DNA of 63,240 nt, filler included, from Octopus bimaculoides (taxonomy: Eukaryota): NCBI RefSeq assembly GCF_001194135.2. It is 4 parts of 4 records of this genome, joined end to end, with 100 filler letters (N's around TTAATTAATTAA, not from the genome) between each part and the next. Parts side by side here need not be neighbours in the genome. Positions count along the whole stretch, not along the records: positions 60,353 to 63,240 come from NC_068985.1; 3 more parts are not named here. The stretch is one strand, 5' to 3'. Below the pieces are notes generated by a model. That model did not search any database, was not told where the DNA came from, and saw only the letters and a program-made list of their open reading frames with translations. This document shows positions 61,841 to 63,240 of the stretch, one piece after another; the stretch's first letter is position 1; every line of letters begins with the position of its first letter. Made by a program: the position numbers and the translations under genes.

Positions 61841-63039
61841 NNNNNNNNNNNNNNNNNNNNNNNNNNNNNNNNNNNNNNNNNNNNNNNNNNNNNNNNNNNN
61901 NNNNNNNNNNNNNNNNNNNNNNNNNNNNNNNNNNNNNNNNNNNNNNNNNNNNNNNNNNNNNNNNNNNNNNNNNNNNNNNNNNNNNNNNNNNNNNNNNNNN
62001 NNNNNNNNNNNNNNNNNNNNNNNNNNNNNNNNNNNNNNNNNNNNNNNNNNNNNNNNNNNNNNNNNNNNNNNNNNNNNNNNNNNNNNNNNNNNNNNNNNNN
62101 NNNGTAAATCGCTTAATTATCTACTTTATGCAACACAGCTAATTAGTGCTGTAATAGAGCTTTAGGATTATAGAATTAACGAAGAGAGAACAAATTTCAA
62201 AAGTCAGTGTTCATATTCACTCAGTCCATTTCAAATTGTCGGAACTCTCCACTATATACATAGGTTCATTCATATACACAAGATGTAGTAAAAAATTCAT
62301 AAGAATTTATAAATACTTAAAAACTTATAAATATATAAATATATTAGAAAAATTTATGAATATATAAATACAGATATGAACTTGCGAGGTTGAATGTCCG
62401 TATTAAAATCAATGAGCAGGGTAGACGAGAAAGTCAATATCAAATGATCTTATGAGGAAGACATAGGTTGGTATGGGCGTGCTCACTCCAATGATAGCAA
62501 TCATCTATACTTCTCTCATCAGAGTTTAAAGATTTAAAGAGTTGTTAATATATATATGTATATATATATATATAATTATGATAATAATATTAGGGATAAA
62601 AATCTAAATTTACAGGTAAAAAGTTTCTATTTTATTTTCTATTTGAAATTGTGTTATGAAACACGTGTAGTCGTTTTATTATTTTAATATTTATTACTTT
62701 GTATTTTTATTATAGGTCTTTTTGGTGTATTTACTTAGTAATGTTTTTCTATATATGAGTGTGGATTTTCATGGATGAATTCAAGAATTGTGGTTTTTTT
62801 CCTCTAAATTATATATATATATGCGTGTGTGTGTGTGTATAAATGGAACAAAAACGCAATAGAGGACATTAAAAACATTCGGACAGATAGACGATACAAA
62901 GGCCGACAAGAGAAACAACTATTAGGATAGGCAAAAAAAAAAAGACAGGTCATTCGTGGCTTTGTTTCCTCAGTTAAGTCCCAGAAGTCACGTCGATTTC
63001 GGGCAATATATATCCAGATCCACACACAAGGACTGGTCA

Positions 63040-63150
63040 GCACGGAGCTATAGTAACAGAAGGTTGCCGAAGGTGCCACGCAGTGTGACCGAATGCGGAA
63101 CCAAGTGGTTGGGAAGCAAACTTCTTACCACACACCCATGTCTGCACCTA
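63040..63150 (-). mobile_element. SINE family A head fragment
   Basis: aaggtgccacgcagtg..gtggttgggaagcaaacttcttaccacac. Confidence 0.75.
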
Positions 63151-63198
63151 TATAGATATAATACATCGATGCAAAGATGTACATATGCATCCATGCAG

Positions 63199-63229
<31 letters not shown>

Positions 63230-63240
63230 CATATATGTAT

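Noticed and set aside
62511-62523. Further CTGANGA hits (minus strand 62515-62521; plus strand ~2205, ~35505, ~47876)
   Set aside because: No correctly placed GAAA with pairing stems, so not called hammerheads.
62940-63005. Minus-strand GAAAT...CTGAGGA arrangement suggesting a permuted hammerhead
   Set aside because: I could not build stem III with a UH cleavage site or a closing stem II.

Overview
This is AT-rich, gap-ridden eukaryotic genomic DNA. The SINE, RTE and Helitron repertoire looks to me like octopus (coleoid cephalopod); that is an inference from remembered repeat families. Most of the window is transposon remains and microsatellites. The only host gene I recognise is MAK16 (60S ribosome biogenesis factor). 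Two consecutive, phase-compatible MAK16 exons are present but on opposite strands (1285-1394 +, 21065-21197 -), most simply a mis-oriented scaffold block. Mobile elements include at least five Penelope-like element (PLE) fragments (GIY-YIG endonuclease and RT) with four recognisable and two decayed minimal type-I hammerhead ribozymes. Also present are non-autonomous Helitrons (two carrying a TTAGGG-like module), three piggyBacs, three Tc1/mariner lineages (DD37D, DD37E, DD36E), RTE LINEs with a PHD-type finger, four tRNA-derived SINE families and several foldback palindromes. Three 100-bp N-TTAATTAATTAA-N spacers are assembly linkers. I found no CRISPR array, rRNA or true tRNA gene. I did not find a wholly new system; the best leads are the ribozyme-bearing PLEs, the MAK16 strand discordance and the palindromes. 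TE boundaries are approximate unless termini are quoted.
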